The notes under the pieces are model-generated. The model worked only from the letters and a program-made list of their open reading frames with translations, was not told where the DNA came from and did no database searches. 33,685 bases of DNA from a virus. Taxonomy: Duplodnaviria; Caudoviricetes. Below are positions 30,423 to 33,685 of the stretch, in pieces (the stretch's first letter is position 1; each line of letters opens with the position of its first letter). The translations under genes and the position numbers were made by a program. The stretch spans positions 1-33,685 of the IMG/VR virus record IMGVR_UViG_3300031758_000299, one strand, 5' to 3'.

Positions 30423-32459
30423 TTACCTCCGTCCGCCGGCCGGCTGGACTTCAAGCTGCACCGCGCCGAGCCGCCAAGTGGTCGAGGCGTCGGGCAGGCT
30501 TTCGATGCGGATGCGGACTTGTCGGGCTGGGACGCGCATCGTCACGTCCTCCGTCGAAGGGCCGGCTTGGAACGGGCCTTCCGTCGTCTCGCTGCCCTGC
30601 GGCTTGTCGCGGGTGAGCAAGTAGAGGTTCACCCCGACCGCCATGCCCTTAAAATCCGGCACCCACCGGAAGACGTCCATCAGGGGCTCGCCCTCGCCCA
30701 ACTCGACGGGGCTGCTTTCGATGAAGACTTCCGAGTATGGCGCGCCGTTGTCGCCGGTCCCGCTCTCCATGAAAAACAGGTTCCCGTCGTCGGTTGCAGC
30801 GATGGGGTTCCCGACCCCGCTACGATCCGCCCATGCGGTGAGATCAAACGACCCGATGGACCATTCGCCGCTGACATAGTTCCACGTCACATAGCGGGAG
30901 CATTCAAGGTTCGCGGTCCCCGTGGGGTACAGCGTCCAGAGTTCCGCGAACTGGCTATTCGACCCCGTGTAGATTTTCGCCTCTTGGACGGGGGAGAGCG
31001 TGTCGAACACGAAGTCCCGCACCGGGCAGTCGATCGCCCTCGGAGCCGACCCGTCGTATAGGAAGAACTGCCGGCTAGTCCCGACCCAGAACGATCGCCC
31101 ATCCTGTTCCGAAAACGCACGGGGGCCGATGATCCCGCATTCCGTCCCGAGGGGGACGAAGGAGAACACGAACGTCCCCTCACCCGTGTAGCGCATGGCG
31201 TAGAGCGCCCGGTCGGTCCAGATCAAGTTCTGACCCACCGATGCCTTCCCGCAAATTCCCTCCGACCCGATGGCGAGCGTGAAGTCACCGGCCTGATTGG
31301 TGTCGCTGGCCGTCCACGTCGTGTTGTCTTCCTGGTCCGACCACCGGACGAGGCGGGGGTCGTAGACCGAGGACAGGTTCGTGGACCCTACACACACCAC
31401 ATGCCGTTCCGGGGTGACGAACATATAGCCGATCTGAGCCGGGGCGTTGCTTACCACCGCCGCCCGCTGGGACGGGTTCAACTGCCATTCGAAAAGTCCG
31501 TCGTATCGGGGATTGGCGAGGAGGTATTCGCCCCACGCCGCGAGGCTCCATGTGCGGGCCTGGTTTTCCTGCGCCGAACCACCAAGGCCGAAGCCGCCAG
31601 AACCAAACCCACCCACACCGAACCCGCCACCACCAAGGCTGTCGTCGTTCCCGACGCCGATTTCCGCCTTGATCTGGACCGTCGTGGACCCGCCCGAGGA
31701 CGAGGCGTTCGCCGTGCCCGCCCCGGTGAGCGTGAAGGTGTTGGCGGTCGGGACCGTGCCCACGGTGTAGCTTTTGAAGTGCCGCGCCACCACCGATGCG
31801 CCCCCGCCCGTGGCCGAGGACGTCGCGACCGACGAATGATAGATCAGGTACACGTCCGTCGTCAGGACCGTGATGGTGTAATCGCCCGAGATGGTGATCC
31901 CGCCGACCGCACTGGCACCGGAGAAGTTGACAATCTCCCCCGTGGCGAAACCATGCGAGGTCTGCGTCACCTCCACCGCCGCCGAGTTCGCGAGCGTCGT
32001 GAACGGGGAGGAAAGCGTGGCGTCGTCGCCGCCGATGGTGACGTTGTTAATGGCCCCGACGGGGGTGTGGAGATAGACGTAATCCCCCACCGCTAGGCCG
32101 TGCGAGGTCCAGGTGATCGTGACCGTGGACGAGCCGTTCGTCGTGGCGATGGGGTTCGTGCCGAGGGTGGCAGACGACCGGATGGGGGTGATATCGTAGA
32201 GCCGCCCGCCGTAGTAGGCGTAGAGCTTCTTCGACGTCCCCACCGCGCAATACGAGTTCCCGGCGTTGTCCGACCACGGGAACAAGGCACGGCACCGTCC
32301 GGTGAAAGTGCTGATGGCCGCCAACTCCCGCCCGCCGATAGGCTGGGGGAGGCCCCGGTAGAAGCGTACCTTGTCGCCGTCCGTCCACCGGGGACGTGAG
32401 GCGAGTTCCGTCTCGTCCTTCACGATCCCCGGCTGGAATTGGAGGCGAGCGTAGGGCAT
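30423..32459 (-). CDS. Tail hub / packaged-DNA stabilisation protein (P22 gp10 / tail tube B-like)
   Basis: W.DGDKVRF..G.P..IGG, WGEYLLA, VRWSDQED...W...N.AG..L, beta-propeller-like; two inserted T..HG...GD beta repeats. Confidence 0.75.
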   Translation of the reverse strand: MPYARLQFQPGIVKDETELASRPRWTDGDKVRFYRGLPQPIGGRELAAISTFTGRCRALFPWSDNAGNSYCAVGTSKKLYAYYGGRLYDITPIRSSATLGTNPIATTNGSSTVTITWTSHGLAVGDYVYLHTPVGAINNVTIGGDDATLSSPFTTLANSAAVEVTQTSHGFATGEIVNFSGASAVGGITISGDYTITVLTTDVYLIYHSSVATSSATGGGASVVARHFKSYTVGTVPTANTFTLTGAGTANASSSGGSTTVQIKAEIGVGNDDSLGGGGFGVGGFGSGGFGLGGSAQENQARTWSLAAWGEYLLANPRYDGLFEWQLNPSQRAAVVSNAPAQIGYMFVTPERHVVCVGSTNLSSVYDPRLVRWSDQEDNTTWTASDTNQAGDFTLAIGSEGICGKASVGQNLIWTDRALYAMRYTGEGTFVFSFVPLGTECGIIGPRAFSEQDGRSFWVGTSRQFFLYDGSAPRAIDCPVRDFVFDTLSPVQEAKIYTGSNSQFAELWTLYPTGTANLECSRYVTWNYVSGEWSIGSFDLTAWADRSGVGNPIAATDDGNLFFMESGTGDNGAPYSEVFIESSPVELGEGEPLMDVFRWVPDFKGMAVGVNLYLLTRDKPQGSETTEGPFQAGPSTEDVTMRVPARQVRIRIESLPDASTTWRLGAVQLEVQPAGGRR

Positions 32460-33133
32460 TAGACAAGGCCCCGCGTCGGGATGCCCATCTGCGGCATGGA
32501 CCGGCGGGTGGAATAGTTCCGGCCGAAGGGGGATGCACTGATCGGGTTGCTCATGGCCGAAGTCTGTTGGCCCGTGACGGCACCGGACCCGAACTGACCG
32601 GGGGATGCGCCGAAGAGGTCGGTGAACTGGTTATTGCGCGGCATGGCGCCGAAGCCGGGACCACCGCCGCCACCGCCCATCAACTGCCCGAGGATGCCGC
32701 CGAGCCAATCAGGCGGGCCGCCACCCATGCCCCCGGTGTTGCGCGGGGTCCAGTCAGGCGGCCCCCATACCGCTGACTGGAACGGATTGACATTGGGGTC
32801 CTGATACCCACGACCCGTCATGCCGCCGGGCTGCGCCATCGGGGGCTGCATCTGTCCCGGCGCAATCGGCTGCCCGCCGACCGTCTGTGTGAACGCCGGG
32901 CCCTGACGCGCCGCCGCCGCGTTAAACCCTGCGGGATTAAGCCGGGGGTCATCAGGCGACAGAGACCGCCGCATATCGCCGTGCCTGTCCGAAAACTCGG
33001 GCGTGGCGAGAAGCGCGTTCCGGTAGTCGTTGATGCTCCCGCCGACGTTGTTCCATGCCGCCAGATCGGAGGCTGGCGCGTCGCGGCCCAAAATCTCGCG
33101 ATACTGCGCATTCAGTTGGTCCTGCGTCAGCAT
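32459..33133 (-). CDS. Hypothetical virion-region protein
   Basis: YREILGR...W...L...PEF N-terminus (DUF4214-like), then Gly/Pro/Gln low complexity. Confidence 0.65.
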   Translation of the reverse strand: MLTQDQLNAQYREILGRDAPASDLAAWNNVGGSINDYRNALLATPEFSDRHGDMRRSLSPDDPRLNPAGFNAAAARQGPAFTQTVGGQPIAPGQMQPPMAQPGGMTGRGYQDPNVNPFQSAVWGPPDWTPRNTGGMGGGPPDWLGGILGQLMGGGGGGPGFGAMPRNNQFTDLFGASPGQFGSGAVTGQQTSAMSNPISASPFGRNYSTRRSMPQMGIPTRGLV

Positions 33134-33134
33134 G

Positions 33135-33569
33135 TCAGCCTCCGTTCACGATTGCGCGCAGGGTCGCGCGGCGTTGGACCCATGCGGTGTAGCGGGCGGG
33201 CATTTCAGCCCCGGCGGCGAGGTCCTCGATCCACCGGGGCTCGAATTGGCCGTCCGTGATGGCGAGCGCGGCGCGGGCCTGATCGGCCGTCATGGGCGGG
33301 GGATCGCCGCAGGTGTAGGTGGCCGTGGCGCTGTCCTTCCCGACGGTCCACGACCGGGTGAGCGTCACCTTGCCGTCGGGGGGCAAGACGCCGGCATCCG
33401 TCGCGGGGAGCGCCGTCAGCGACCCTAGGACGAGGCGGCCGGTCGGCGCCACGCTCGGCGGGCTGATGTTGTGGCCCCGCGCGTAGAGCATCGCCGCGAC
33501 CGCCGCGGGGTTCCAGCCGGACAGTTCGGCGACGACCGCGCCGTCCTCGATGATGACGTGCATGGTCAT
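33135..33569 (-). CDS. Tail fibre assembly/chaperone-like protein
   Basis: C-terminal L..TD...PRWIED...RR..LR motif; located in the tail region. Confidence 0.5.
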   Translation of the reverse strand: MTMHVIIEDGAVVAELSGWNPAAVAAMLYARGHNISPPSVAPTGRLVLGSLTALPATDAGVLPPDGKVTLTRSWTVGKDSATATYTCGDPPPMTADQARAALAITDGQFEPRWIEDLAAGAEMPARYTAWVQRRATLRAIVNGG

Positions 33570-33685
33570 GTGGCAATCCCCCCGACGTCTTCTGCCCAGA
33601 TACGGTGATGGACGATCTGGCACACGTAGGCCGGGATCAGCCCGTAATGCGCCGCGATGTCCTTCTGCATTTCCCCGGCAGCCCA
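33566..33685 (-). CDS. C-terminal HTH of a probable HNH homing endonuclease (partial)
   Basis: ...WAAGEMQKDIAAHYGLIPAYVCQIVHHRIWAEDVGGIAT*; ATGA overlap with the next gene. Confidence 0.55.
   Translation of the reverse strand, partial: WAAGEMQKDIAAHYGLIPAYVCQIVHHRIWAEDVGGIAT

Noticed and set aside
1-33685. tRNA, rRNA or IS elements
   Set aside because: No cloverleaf with T-loop consensus, rRNA-like stretch or transposase motif noticed by eye; tRNAscan-SE and ISEScan would be needed to exclude them.

Overview
High-GC tailed phage segment with lambdoid/P22-like organisation; the host is probably an Alphaproteobacterium (inferred from GcrA-like, DUF1194 and DUF6456-like genes and a 3TM holin). 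It appears to be most of a circularly permuted podovirus-like genome; TerL, portal and capsid would lie outside the window. Left part (minus strand, read leftwards from about 11310): cro-like gene, T5orf172-Cro fusion, DGQHR protein, ParB-like protein, replication initiator, RusA, DUF1194 vWA protein, DUF6456/Q-position gene, a late promoter with terminator, three small XRE mini-cassettes, HNH, TerS and the start of TerL. Middle (plus strand, 11596-22287): early operon with a pentapeptide-repeat protein, GcrA-like HTH, Gp157, Rad52/Sak, DUF968-like protein, then about 5 kb of short genes built from shared DNA modules. Right (minus strand): tail-hub and DNA-ejection proteins, metallophosphoesterase, lysozyme and holin. 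Most notable: (i) the modular early gene array whose conserved junctions encode C-terminus+RBS+stop/start; (ii) a divergent switch with three operators but no cI gene, and no integrase at the usual place; (iii) small promoter/operator/XRE cassettes inserted at the start of the late operon. All family calls come from motif recognition by eye, not from database searches.
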